From Acaryochloris marina S15 (GTDB taxonomy: Bacteria > Cyanobacteriota > Cyanobacteriia > Thermosynechococcales > Thermosynechococcaceae), in the NCBI RefSeq assembly GCF_018336915.1, contig NZ_CP064923.1, positions 4,230,156 through 4,254,155 of the forward strand: DNA of 24,000 bases, read 5' to 3'. Position numbers and translations under genes: made by a program. Shown one piece after another: positions 8,188-17,128 of this stretch. The notes under the pieces are model-generated. The model had not been told where the DNA came from. It did no database searches and saw nothing but the letters and a program-made list of their open reading frames with translations. Numbering within the stretch: position 1 is the first letter of the stretch; each line of letters begins with the position of its first letter.

Positions 8188-8649
8188 CTACTCAGATATC
8201 CCCTCAAACATTTGCTTAGCTGCTTCCTCGATTTCCTTGGGCGACATTTCACGGAGTTGAGTAGTAATTCCCCATTCGTGGCCGAATGGATCACGAACAC
8301 GGGCAAACCGCTCGCCCCAGAAAACATCAGTGGGGTCCATTAAAACTTCTGAACCGCTATTTCTCATAGTTTTGACCATTGCATCACAATCATCGACGTA
8401 TAAATGAATCGCCATGGTTGTCCCCCCAAGGCTTTTTGGACTTGGCGTTCCACCATGTTCTGGCAGTTCTTCACTCAGGAAAAACCGAGCATTACCAATG
8501 CGAAATTCGCAGTGCATCACATGACCATCCGGCATGTTGAGTAAAAGGTACGGAGCAACGCCAAAAACGTCAGTGTAGAATTCGACCGCCTTTTGAGCGT
8601 CGTTGATGCTGAGATACGGAACGAATTCGCAAGAGGTTGGTGAAGGCAT
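8188..8649 (-). CDS. VOC (glyoxalase/bleomycin-resistance fold) protein, PhnB/YjdN-like
   Basis: VPYLSINDAQKAVEFYTDVFG...MHCEFRIGNARFFLSEE...FWGERFARVRDPFGHEWGI is the typical PhnB-like layout. Confidence 0.8.
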   Translation of the reverse strand: MPSPTSCEFVPYLSINDAQKAVEFYTDVFGVAPYLLLNMPDGHVMHCEFRIGNARFFLSEELPEHGGTPSPKSLGGTTMAIHLYVDDCDAMVKTMRNSGSEVLMDPTDVFWGERFARVRDPFGHEWGITTQLREMSPKEIEEAAKQMFEGISE

Positions 8650-8785
8650 TTGTTTATGAAAGTCGGACTGGTGAATGTGCTTTTGTGGGAGTCACCTAAC
8701 AGATTCACATTAGAGGCGCGAGAAATAATTCAAAGCGTCTACCAAGAGAGTGGTTCGAGTATCCCTTATACGGCAATTAAGACGG

Positions 8786-9352
8786 CTATTTCCAGTGTGG
8801 ATTATCGCTAGAAGTAAAGCTGTTAAATAGGGACTCATACCGGCAGCCGTCTTCAGCAACGACAGTGCAGTCAGTTGCATGAATTGAATCACGTAGGCTT
8901 TTGATCGGATCGTCAATTTTCGGTATCGACAACACATTCATGATACGGTTTCGAGCGTCCAGCAGGTCTGGATTATCCTCTGCGTATTCACGCTCCATAA
9001 AGACAGCAGTCTTTCGCATCTCAATGAGTGAGCCATTACCAGAAAACTTAAGAAGATCACGCCAGTATGGAGCGGTCATTAGAACCGCTAAGAACTCGGT
9101 GAGGTCTGATGCAACATGCCCTGCTTGTCCTTCAGAAGTCACATAAAGAATTGGGAGAGTATTTGGGTCACCGTTTCCATATGCAAGAAAAACACCACCT
9201 GTTCTTTCACCAGCAATAACTTTAAACGGAGTTTCCGGATCCAACTGGATCCATGAGGAGTCATCAGCAGCACGCAATGTATCGAAGTCAAAGGGCCAAT
9301 AGAGATCTTCAATCAGTTGCTGGGAGGAGTTCAGATCAGCAATCGTGATCAT
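8786..9352 (-). CDS. Hypothetical protein with a SMI1/KNR4 (SUKH)-like core
   Basis: FKVIAGERTGGVFLAYGNG...LPILYVTSEGQAGHVASDLTEFLAVL resembles the C-terminal half of SUKH-superfamily domains. The ORF itself is clean. The family call is from memory only. Confidence 0.55.
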   Translation of the reverse strand: MITIADLNSSQQLIEDLYWPFDFDTLRAADDSSWIQLDPETPFKVIAGERTGGVFLAYGNGDPNTLPILYVTSEGQAGHVASDLTEFLAVLMTAPYWRDLLKFSGNGSLIEMRKTAVFMEREYAEDNPDLLDARNRIMNVLSIPKIDDPIKSLRDSIHATDCTVVAEDGCRYESLFNSFTSSDNPHWK

Positions 9353-9546
9353 AATGTGTTCAATATTCGATTTACCGGATATCCATAATTAGAAAGAGAA
9401 TGTCCTCCTAATAAGAGAGAAATTGATGGCTAGCCTAACGCTCAAAGCCAAGTCATTGCCAAGTTAGAACCTTATAACTGAAGACCCAAATTTACGGACA
9501 TGAGTCGATAAGCAAATGAAGTGAACTGCCTGTAAAGCGGAGATTA

Positions 9547-10929
9547 TTACAGCAGATCTTGGCATAATTGACGAAAATGATCGCCTCGTTTCTCGAAATT
9601 TCGATATTGGTCAAAGCTAGCACAGGCAGGCGATAAGAGCACACTTTTTGCTTGTAGAGAAGGGGCCACATCAGCAGCTCTGGCAACCGCTTTGTCCATC
9701 GTTTCTACAACTTCATAATTGTCATATCCGATAGCCTTAAGACGCTGGCTAAAGTCATCGGCTGCACTGCCAATCAACAGCACCTTGGCAGCTTGAGCCT
9801 GAATGGTTTGCAGCCACGCCTGATCGTCACCGACCTTGGCTTCTCCACCCGCGATCAGAATGGCAGGATAGTTGACCGCAGCCAGTCCAGTTTGGGCAGC
9901 TTCATAATTGGTGGCTTTGCTGTCATTGATAAAATCTACGCCCTGCCAGGTACAAATATGCTCTAAGCGATGAGCCACACCGGGGAAAGTGGATACGGCA
10001 GTTGCGATCGCATCTTTCCCAATCCCAGCCAAATGAGCCACCGCAACTGCCAGCAATAGATTTTGCTGATTATGCGCCCCCAACATTCGCATTGATTCAA
10101 CAGCAACAATCGGCTTACCTTCCACCTTCACCCATCCCTCCTCAATAAAAATATGGGGCACGGGGCAGCGTTGACCATTACAACCATTGGGTAGGCTTGG
10201 GCCATGGCTACTCGTCCAATAAGCATCGGACCATCGCCAAGGCAAGCCTTTGATCAAACCCTGATCATCACCGTTGAGAATTTTCTGCTTGGACTGATCG
10301 AGGAGTAAGGCCTTAATTTCGCGATAGCACTCAACTGTGCCGTGGCGCTCAAGATGATCGGGGGAGAAGGTCGTCCACACCCCAATGGTGGGGGCTAGAG
10401 TGGGTGAAGATTCAATTTGGTAACTACTGACCTCCGCAATCACCCAATCCAGTGGCTCACCCGCTAGGGCCAGCTCACAGGCACTATAGCCAATATTGCC
10501 GCAGGCGGGTGCTCGCAGCCCCGCCGCCTTAAAAATCGCTTCGACAATCGCAGTTGTGGTTGTTTTACCGTTGGTCCCCGTAATGCCAATCCAGGGATAT
10601 TGCTGCAGGTATCGCCAGGCAAGTTCTAGTTCTCCAAACGTTTCAATTCCTTGGGATCTCGCTTCCTCTAAAGCAGGAAGTTGCCAAGGTACACCGGGGC
10701 TGACCACAATTCGATCAGGGCGGTCCAGATCCAGTTCGGCCAAGGCAGCCAGGGAAAATTTCAGATTTAAATGGATAGAGATATCTTCTGCAGCTAAAGT
10801 CTGCTGAGTTTTCACTAACCCTTCAGATTGGCCTGCATCACTAACATCAACCTGCCACCCTTCACGGCGCAACAGACGAGCAGCCGCGATACCGGAGCGG
10901 CCAAGACCAATAATATGAGCAGAAGGCAT
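9547..10929 (-). CDS. murD: UDP-N-acetylmuramoyl-L-alanine--D-glutamate ligase
   Basis: 460 aa. It has N-terminal [15 protein letters not shown], the Mur-ligase P-loop GTNGKTTTT, and C-terminal [20 protein letters not shown]. Confidence 0.95.
   Translation of the reverse strand: MPSAHIIGLGRSGIAAARLLRREGWQVDVSDAGQSEGLVKTQQTLAAEDISIHLNLKFSLAALAELDLDRPDRIVVSPGVPWQLPALEEARSQGIETFGELELAWRYLQQYPWIGITGTNGKTTTTAIVEAIFKAAGLRAPACGNIGYSACELALAGEPLDWVIAEVSSYQIESSPTLAPTIGVWTTFSPDHLERHGTVECYREIKALLLDQSKQKILNGDDQGLIKGLPWRWSDAYWTSSHGPSLPNGCNGQRCPVPHIFIEEGWVKVEGKPIVAVESMRMLGAHNQQNLLLAVAVAHLAGIGKDAIATAVSTFPGVAHRLEHICTWQGVDFINDSKATNYEAAQTGLAAVNYPAILIAGGEAKVGDDQAWLQTIQAQAAKVLLIGSAADDFSQRLKAIGYDNYEVVETMDKAVARAADVAPSLQAKSVLLSPACASFDQYRNFEKRGDHFRQLCQDLL
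10004..10011. repeat. HIP1 octamer GCGATCGC
   Basis: exact match. Confidence 0.95.
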
Positions 10930-11001
10930 AGAAGGGAGTACAGTGATTCAGCAATCCTGATCGTATCGCTTGGTGGTCCCTTTGCTCCAGTTAAATGCTC
11001 C

Positions 11002-12048
11002 TTAGGGATAAATTAAAATCTTGTAGGTCTCAGGCCCAGGGGAAACAGCTTGCTCTACTGCATTCGCTAAGTCCTGGAGCGGATAGCGATCGCTAACTAG
11101 GGCATCGACGTCAATTCGCTTGTTGAAAATAATGTCTGCTGACTGCTTTTGTAATCGAAAAGAAGAGCTATAGCTGCCAATCAGATCGATTTCGCGGCGA
11201 TACAAGACGTTGGGATTAATGGGAATCTCGACTTCATCTGGAAATTCGGCGAAAAACAGAATTTTTCCTCCCTTACGGGTGCAGTCGAGGGCTTGAAAAA
11301 AGGCCTTATCACTGGGCACTGCCAGCAAACTAACATCCACTCCCATGCCATTCGTCAGATCTTGAATCTTAGTGGCTAGGTCCGGATCGCGGGCGTCAAA
11401 AGCTGCTGCCGCCCCCACCTGCTTTGCTTTTTCAATTCGGGTGGGCAAGAGGTCAGTTGTAATGGCTCGGCCCCCGACATAGTTGACCAGCATTACAAAC
11501 ATTAAGCCAATGGGACCCGCACCTGTAATCAAAACCGTTTGCCCCGGCTTGATACCTGCTTTGGTGACGGCCTTCAAACAACAGTTGGTGGGTTCAACAA
11601 AGCTGGCTTGCTCAAAAGAAATATCCTTGGGAATCTCGACTAGGCCGCCACGGGTGACGATATGCCCCGGAACCTTCACGTATTCGGCAAAGCCACCCCC
11701 GCTCGGGCTAAATCCTGCCGTAGTTGTGATATTTTTATACACCTCGCACATGGAAAAGTTGTCATTGAGACAATACTCACAGTGCATGCAGGGAATATGG
11801 TGCAGCACAACTACCCGTTGACCGACGTGCCAGCCCTTAACTTCAGAGCCCACTGCGGCAATCTTACCCGCTGTTTCATGACCAAAGATACGGGGTGGTT
11901 CGTAGAGGGGATAGCGAATTTTTTTAATGTCAGACTGACAAAGTCCCACCACTTTGACTTGGACCAGGACCTCATCCTTACCGATATCTGGTTTAGGGAC
12001 TTCTTCGTAACTGAGTTGATTGACTCCTCGAAAGACTTGAGCTTTCAT
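11002..12048 (-). CDS. Zinc-dependent medium-chain dehydrogenase/reductase (threonine/sorbitol dehydrogenase-like)
   Basis: It has the catalytic-Zn motif GHETAG, structural-Zn cysteines CMHCEYCLNDNFSMC, and the Rossmann motif GAGPIG. Confidence 0.9.
   Translation of the reverse strand: MKAQVFRGVNQLSYEEVPKPDIGKDEVLVQVKVVGLCQSDIKKIRYPLYEPPRIFGHETAGKIAAVGSEVKGWHVGQRVVVLHHIPCMHCEYCLNDNFSMCEVYKNITTTAGFSPSGGGFAEYVKVPGHIVTRGGLVEIPKDISFEQASFVEPTNCCLKAVTKAGIKPGQTVLITGAGPIGLMFVMLVNYVGGRAITTDLLPTRIEKAKQVGAAAAFDARDPDLATKIQDLTNGMGVDVSLLAVPSDKAFFQALDCTRKGGKILFFAEFPDEVEIPINPNVLYRREIDLIGSYSSSFRLQKQSADIIFNKRIDVDALVSDRYPLQDLANAVEQAVSPGPETYKILIYP
11086..11093. repeat. HIP1 octamer GCGATCGC
   Basis: exact match. 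Confidence 0.95.
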
Positions 12049-12111
12049 GCTGTCCCGAACCCTAACTAACGTCTGCCCTCAGCTTATCGTGTTGCTTCCT
12101 AGGCCTCAAGC

Positions 12112-12143
12112 AAAGAAACCCCACCAGCAGGCAGGGTTTCTTT
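12112..12143 (-). terminator. Hairpin downstream of desC (10-bp stem, 12-nt loop)
   Basis: aaagaaaccc (12112-12121) pairs with gggtttcttt (12134-12143). The 3' arm is U-rich in either orientation. Confidence 0.45.
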
Positions 12144-12171
12144 ACAAATTTATGGGTGTCCCTAAATGGGT

Positions 12172-13017
12172 CTAGGCACCATCATTGGCCGCAATCTGTT
12201 GCGAACTAGGAAGACGGACTTTATCCGCTAAGCCCAGAGTCTTGAGCAGACTGACCATCATCCAAGTGGTGTCAATTTCCCACCATTGCAAGCCATGGCG
12301 AGCAGATTGAGGAAAGGCATGGTGATTATTGTGCCAGCCTTCACCATAGGTCAGGAGGGCAACCCACCAGCAGTTGGTAGATTGATCATCAGACTCATAG
12401 GTTTTATAGCCAAACTTATGGGTGGCGCTATTCACAAACCAAGTGCAGTGATAGACCAATACCAAGCGGACGAAAATACCCCAGACCACTAAAGGCCAAC
12501 CGCCAACGAAGTACAGCAATACTCCAAAGACGATTTGCATCGGGAAGAAATAGTCATCTAAAAACCGATAAAAGGGATCAGTATTGATGTCTTTCGTCAG
12601 TTTTTCAATTTCTGCCTCTGCTGGGATTTCATGAATCATCCAGCCCATATGGCTCCACCAGAAACCATTACGGGAGTTGTGCTGGTCCAGCTCCGTATCA
12701 GAGTTCATATGGTGATTACGATGGAGTCCAACCCACCAGATCACGCCTCCTTCACAGGCCAAGGACCCACAAAAGACGAGAAAATACTCCAACCATTTCG
12801 GGGTTTTAAAACTGCGGTGGGTGAGCATTCGATGCCAACCCAGGGTGATACCGAGTCCACCCGTGACCCAGTGAAAAAATACGGCAAATCCCACGACTGA
12901 CCAGCTGAAGTTGCTGGGTACGAAGGCAAACAGTGCTCCTACATGAATAGCGACGAGGACCACAATAAAGGTCCAATCACGCTTAAGCTGTGATGGCGGT
13001 GTTGTTGCGATAGTCAT
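12172..13017 (-). CDS. desC: Acyl-lipid delta-9 fatty acid desaturase
   Basis: It has the three histidine boxes HRMLTH, HRNHH and HNNHH, plus four hydrophobic segments. The size of 281 aa is typical. Confidence 0.85.
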   Translation of the reverse strand: MTIATTPPSQLKRDWTFIVVLVAIHVGALFAFVPSNFSWSVVGFAVFFHWVTGGLGITLGWHRMLTHRSFKTPKWLEYFLVFCGSLACEGGVIWWVGLHRNHHMNSDTELDQHNSRNGFWWSHMGWMIHEIPAEAEIEKLTKDINTDPFYRFLDDYFFPMQIVFGVLLYFVGGWPLVVWGIFVRLVLVYHCTWFVNSATHKFGYKTYESDDQSTNCWWVALLTYGEGWHNNHHAFPQSARHGLQWWEIDTTWMMVSLLKTLGLADKVRLPSSQQIAANDGA

Positions 13018-13176
13018 TTAGTCTCTTTGTAAATGAATATTTCGACAAGAAAACAAGGGTAAACCTTATATAGGATTCTTATACTTGCCTAATCTCCGCC
13101 TAAACCAGCTTTGTACGTCCACAACGATAAAAATCAAACCTTTAGTGGCTGTACGTTGTAAAGAAAAAGTTGCTCT

Positions 13177-14409
13177 ATGAAACCCCTTACACAGCTAGAG
13201 GCAGCCGAACAGGCAATGTCTCTCATCTTTTCTAAGATTGACACTCAAGTCAAGAAAAACTTAACACAAATATTAAAATCTTTTCATAATTACCGCTTGG
13301 GTCCCCATCATTTTGCTAGTGTATCGGGTTACGGTCATGACGATTTAGGCCGGGAAGTTCTGGATCAGGTATACGCAGAAGTCATGGGCGCAGAAGCTGC
13401 CCTGGTGAGGGTTCAGTTTGTATCGGGCACCCATGCGATCGCAACTGCTCTGTTTGGCGTATTGCGCCCCGGAGACCACATGCTGTCCGTGGCAGGGGCA
13501 CCCTACGACACCTTAGAAGAAGTCATTGGCATCCGCGGAGAAGGACAAGGCTCCCTAAAAGATTTTGGGGTAGAGTATCGGCAACTTGAGTTAACGCCAA
13601 CCGGAACCATCGATTGGCAGGCCTTAGAAACCAGTATTCAGCCCCAAACTCGTCTCGTCCTCATTCAACGATCCTGTGGATATAGCTGGCGACCCAGTCT
13701 GAGCATTGAAGAGATTGGCAAAATCGTGGACCGGGTCAAAGCTCAAAATCCGAATACCATTTGTTTTGTCGACAACTGCTATGGAGAATTTATTGAAGAC
13801 CGTGAGCCCCCGGCCGTGGGAGCTGATCTGATTGCAGGTTCACTAATCAAAAATCCCGGTGGCACCATTGTCACAGCAGGTGGGTATATTGCTGGTCGCC
13901 GCGATCTAGTTGAAGCCGCTGCCTGTCGATTAACCTCGCCCGGAATTGGCTCAGCCGGAGGGGCTACCTTGGATCAAACCCGGCTGATGTTTCAAGGGTT
14001 GTTTTTAGCACCCCAAATGGTGGGGGAAGCCATGAAGGGCAATCATTTAGTGGCCCATGTGTTTCAGGGACTGGGGTATCCCGTTAATCCCTTACCAGAA
14101 GCGCCCCGACGAGATGTAATCCAGGCGGTAAAGTTAGGATCGGCGGAAAAATTGGTGGCTTTTTGCCGGGCTTTTCAGCAATATTCACCCGTGGGCTCTT
14201 ATCTCGATCCGATGCCCGCCCCGATGCCGGGCTATGACAGTAATTTAGTCATGGCAGGCGGCACCTTTATCGATGGCAGTACCTCAGAACTCTCTGCGGA
14301 TGGGCCGTTGCGAGAACCCTATATTGTCTTCTGTCAGGGAGGGACTCACTGGACTCATGTTGCGATCGCATTAGAAGCTGCCATTGAAGCCGTAGGCCCC
14401 GGCCCCTAA
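13177..14409 (+). CDS. Aluminium-resistance-family PLP-dependent enzyme (methionine gamma-lyase-like, YnbB type)
   Basis: 410 aa. The N-terminus has ...HHFASVSGYGHDDLGREVLDQVYAEVMGAEAALVR.QFVSGTHAI, characteristic of this family as I remember it. Confidence 0.8.
   Translation: MKPLTQLEAAEQAMSLIFSKIDTQVKKNLTQILKSFHNYRLGPHHFASVSGYGHDDLGREVLDQVYAEVMGAEAALVRVQFVSGTHAIATALFGVLRPGDHMLSVAGAPYDTLEEVIGIRGEGQGSLKDFGVEYRQLELTPTGTIDWQALETSIQPQTRLVLIQRSCGYSWRPSLSIEEIGKIVDRVKAQNPNTICFVDNCYGEFIEDREPPAVGADLIAGSLIKNPGGTIVTAGGYIAGRRDLVEAAACRLTSPGIGSAGGATLDQTRLMFQGLFLAPQMVGEAMKGNHLVAHVFQGLGYPVNPLPEAPRRDVIQAVKLGSAEKLVAFCRAFQQYSPVGSYLDPMPAPMPGYDSNLVMAGGTFIDGSTSELSADGPLREPYIVFCQGGTHWTHVAIALEAAIEAVGPGP
13435..13442. 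repeat. HIP1 octamer GCGATCGC
   Basis: exact match. Confidence 0.95.
14362..14369. repeat. HIP1 octamer GCGATCGC
   Basis: exact match. Confidence 0.95.
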
Positions 14410-14419
14410 TTAATCAAAA

Positions 14420-14444
14420 GGGGCCTGTTGATGCAACAGGCCCC
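14420..14444. terminator. Bidirectional intrinsic terminator between convergent genes
   Basis: ggggcctgttg (14420-14430) pairs with caacaggcccc (14434-14444). On the minus strand the stem is followed by UUUUGAUUAAUUA, so it serves the Nfu gene. It also lies 10 nt after the plus-strand stop. Confidence 0.7.
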
Positions 14445-14469
14445 CGGTTCTATTCAAGTTAGCGGTTTA

Positions 14470-14712
14470 TTAAAAGACCTGCTCAACCTCAGAAATCTCG
14501 GGGATGGTGTCTCTGAGTTTGCGCTCGATTCCCATCTTTAAAGTCATGGCAGAACTGGGGCAAGATCCACAGGCTCCTTGCAGACGTAGCTTAACCACAG
14601 GACCTTCGACTTCAACCAATTCAACATTGCCACCGTCTGCCATTAGGTAAGGACGGAGCTCATCTAATACTGTTTCTACGTTTTCGGGATTAAGTTCTAA
14701 CGTTTGTGACAT
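14470..14712 (-). CDS. NifU C-terminal-domain (Nfu-type) Fe-S cluster scaffold protein
   Basis: 80 aa. It has [17 protein letters not shown] and the CxxC motif GACGSCPSS. Confidence 0.9.
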   Translation of the reverse strand: MSQTLELNPENVETVLDELRPYLMADGGNVELVEVEGPVVKLRLQGACGSCPSSAMTLKMGIERKLRDTIPEISEVEQVF

Positions 14713-14857
14713 GGCTAAACCTTGGTGTGCTGATCTATATTGTAGCGATTGCTGTGGAGACCTTGAAACCGATCAAAACCTTTCGCTTAAACGATATCTG
14801 TATCCACAGCCTGCAGGGAAACTTTTCATCAGTGAGTATCCCAAACAGGCAAAAAAT

Positions 14858-14885
14858 AAAGGGTGAAGGTTAACCTTCACCCTTT
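14858..14885 (-). terminator. Intrinsic terminator (28-nt perfect palindrome plus U-tract)
   Basis: aaagggtgaagg-ttaa-ccttcacccttt. On the minus strand it is followed by AUUUUUUG. It lies 22 nt downstream of the 14908 stop. Confidence 0.75.
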
Positions 14886-14907
14886 GAAAATTAGGAGCTT
14901 GAACTAT

Positions 14908-15213
14908 CTACCTTGCAAGAGACAATTCTTCCGTTTCTACCCTTAGACTAGGGAATAGAAAATGGTTTTCTTCGACATATTGAGCACCGAACAAACCTTT
15001 TTCGGCCCAAAAGTACCGATCAGTCGTATGTTCGTTGCGCTTGACGAGAAGTAGAGCTGGAGGGATAACCCCTGCAGTTTGGATATACTTCCGGGCTGCT
15101 GTTACTGGTTTATCCTCTCCGCTTTCAATACTGAACTGAGGAACATTTTCCAAAATTCGTCGTCCTTCCTGGCGACGACGACTTTTGCGTTTCCGTCTTC
15201 TTGCCAAACCCAA
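14908..15213 (-). CDS. Hypothetical small basic protein, no ATG in frame (TTG start)
   Basis: The ORF has no Met codon. TTG codons lie at 15213 and 15207, with AAGGAGG immediately upstream. The 8-nt spacing favours 15207. A canonical terminator lies downstream. It has an Arg/Lys-rich N-terminus and a C-terminal DRYFWAEKGLFGAQYVEENHFLF. Confidence 0.6.
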   Translation of the reverse strand: MGLARRRKRKSRRRQEGRRILENVPQFSIESGEDKPVTAARKYIQTAGVIPPALLLVKRNEHTTDRYFWAEKGLFGAQYVEENHFLFPSLRVETEELSLAR

Positions 15214-15215
15214 GA

Positions 15216-15222
15216 CCTCCTT
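15216..15222 (-). promoter_or_regulatory. Shine-Dalgarno AAGGAGG for the ATG-less ORF
   Basis: The minus strand reads AAGGAGG-tc-TTG-ggt-TTG. Confidence 0.55.
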
Positions 15223-15411
15223 AAGCTATACCGCAGTGTAGTCAAAGTTACAAAAGCTTAATGAGTATAACTGGAGACAAATTAGAATTCAACTTTATTT
15301 AAAGTTTTGATAAGCAAAAATAGGCTGAAAAACGATTTTTTGCACCTTTTAAGCTTTTTTAGATGTAAAAAAATGTAAAGTTTTCTCAGGGGTTTATGAG
15401 ATAATCCGGGA

Positions 15412-15798
15412 TTAGCCTTCAACTTTGGCTTGGTACTCTGATGCGGTCATCGCCTTATCTAAAGCAGCGGCCTCACTCACCTTAATCTTGAGAAGCCAAC
15501 CATTCGTGTAAGGATCATCTGCCAATTGCTCAGGTGCATCAGCAATAGCCGTATTGCACTCTAATACTGTTCCATTAATCGGAGCATAAATATCTTCTAC
15601 AGCTTTGACGGATTCGATATTTCCCATCACGTCTCCCTGGGATAACTCGTCTCCGACTTCCGGCAATTCGATAAAAACAATATCCCCTAACTGATCGATC
15701 GCAAATGCAGAAATACCAACCGTAGCAACCTCTCCCTCCAGGCGCACATATTCATGGGAGTCCATATATTTCAGATTTTCGGGATATTCAAAGCTCAT
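15412..15798 (-). CDS. gcvH: Glycine cleavage system H protein
   Basis: 128 aa. It has the lipoyl-lysine motif [17 protein letters not shown] and the N-terminal [12 protein letters not shown]. Confidence 0.95.
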   Translation of the reverse strand: MSFEYPENLKYMDSHEYVRLEGEVATVGISAFAIDQLGDIVFIELPEVGDELSQGDVMGNIESVKAVEDIYAPINGTVLECNTAIADAPEQLADDPYTNGWLLKIKVSEAAALDKAMTASEYQAKVEG

Positions 15799-15866
15799 AA
15801 TGGGGGGCCTCAGTCAGTAAGGGAGTTGGGTAGGATAATCATCCAAACCATATTTTGCCTTAAATC

Positions 15867-16973
15867 TTACGCTTTAGGTCGCCGATAAAAGGGCTTTTTA
15901 ACAACCGTTGCCTGTTGGGACTTCTTGCGGATTAACACCGAGACTTCCGTACCGGATTTGGCGTAGGCAGTCGGAACATAGGCAAGGGCAATCGCTTTGC
16001 CCAAGGTGGGGGAAAAACTGCCGCTCGTGACGATACCTACTTCTTGGTCATTGACCAACACAGGATAATCATGACGGGCAATATGGCGACCCTGCATTTC
16101 CAAAGCCACTAACTTTCGAGGCGGTCCATCGGCTTTCTGCTTCTGCAAGATGTCTTGACCAATAAATTCACCTTGATCCACGTTAACCAGCCATCCCAAC
16201 CCAGCTTCATAGGGGGTGGTCGTGTCATTAATATCTTGGCCATACAGGGCCATGGCGGCTTCTAACCGTAAGGTATCGCGGGCACCCAAACCACAGGGGG
16301 AAACGCCAGCATCCAAGAGGGTTTGCCATAGTTTCTTCCCGGTTTCTGGATCGACCATGACTTCAAAACCGTCTTCGCCGGTATACCCCGTGCGGGCAAA
16401 CCAGGCAGGTTGTTCCAGGATGGTCCCAGACTGATGGCGGTAATTACGGATGGCCGTGAGATCGGTGGGAGTGAAGCGTTGCAGAGTTGCGATCGCATCC
16501 GGTCCTTGAACCGCAATCAGCACCAGTGAATCGGAAACATCTTCAAATCCAATCGCCTCAGCAGAGACATGCTCTAGTAACCAGGCTTTGTCTTTGGCCG
16601 TTGTGGAAGCATTGACAATGAGCTTGCCCGTTTCTGCCCCTGACTCTGTGAACCCTTCAAAATAAAAGATCAGATCGTCAATAATGCCAGCTTGCTCATT
16701 GAGGAAAACGGAATACTTGGCCTGCCCCGGTTCAAGCTGGCTGAGGTCCGAGGGCACTAAGGGCTGCAATTTTTGCCGCAAATTATCCCCCTGGAGCAAG
16801 AATTTTCCCATATGGGAAATATCAAACATGCCCACTTTTTGGCGAACATTTTGGTGCTCCACTGTAATACCTTCGTATTGAACCGGCATATTCCAGCCCC
16901 CAAAGCCCATCATCCGGGCATTGAGCTGTTGATGTTGCTCTAGTAAGGGAGTTGGTTTCAAGGAGTCTGCCAT
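15867..16973 (-). CDS. gcvT: Glycine cleavage system aminomethyltransferase T
   Basis: 368 aa. It has TPL..H..LNARMMGFGGWNMPVQY, MFDISHMGKF and GYTGEDGFE. It lies 68 nt upstream of gcvH, so they are probably an operon. Confidence 0.95.
   Translation of the reverse strand: MADSLKPTPLLEQHQQLNARMMGFGGWNMPVQYEGITVEHQNVRQKVGMFDISHMGKFLLQGDNLRQKLQPLVPSDLSQLEPGQAKYSVFLNEQAGIIDDLIFYFEGFTESGAETGKLIVNASTTAKDKAWLLEHVSAEAIGFEDVSDSLVLIAVQGPDAIATLQRFTPTDLTAIRNYRHQSGTILEQPAWFARTGYTGEDGFEVMVDPETGKKLWQTLLDAGVSPCGLGARDTLRLEAAMALYGQDINDTTTPYEAGLGWLVNVDQGEFIGQDILQKQKADGPPRKLVALEMQGRHIARHDYPVLVNDQEVGIVTSGSFSPTLGKAIALAYVPTAYAKSGTEVSVLIRKKSQQATVVKKPFYRRPKA
16489..16496. repeat. HIP1 octamer GCGATCGC
   Basis: exact match. 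Confidence 0.95.
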
Positions 16974-17128
16974 GATAATCCACGCTTGCGTTGAGCTGGT
17001 GACTGGCGTAGATGTAATACGTCTCTAGGACGATGGGTTCTCCAAACCAGCCCCCGCCTTTATATCATGAACCCTGCGCCTTGATCAGTGTAGGAAAAAC
17101 AGCCCCATCCATTCTGAGTGAAACCAAC

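Noticed and set aside
8735-8775. tRNA-like T-loop string ggttcgagt
   Set aside because: The flanking bases cannot form a T-stem (agtgg versus atccc), and no acceptor or anticodon arms could be drawn.
8517-9146. ORFs 8517-8708(-), 8710-8937(-) and 8901-9146(+)
   Set aside because: They are out-of-frame overlaps with the VOC and SUKH-like genes, and their composition does not look like protein.
7179-9546. Direct repeats, att sites or mobility genes bounding the 7393-9352 islet
   Set aside because: Comparing both flanks by eye, I found no shared repeat of about 10 nt or more. There is no integrase, transposase or tRNA nearby, so it is not called a mobile element.
9492-9686. 64-aa minus-strand ORF at the 3' end of murD
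   Set aside because: It is an out-of-frame overlap with murD.
10496-12069. Plus-strand ORFs of 103, 62, 112 and 135 aa
   Set aside because: They are antisense shadows of the confidently identified murD and Zn-dehydrogenase genes. Their translations are Ser/Pro/Arg-rich or lack motifs.
16974-17128. Possible glycine riboswitch in the gcvT leader
   Set aside because: The reverse complement contains one GGAGAA but none of the conserved aptamer cores (ACCGAAGGGGCAA-like or CUCUGGAGAG-like), and I see no tandem-aptamer architecture.
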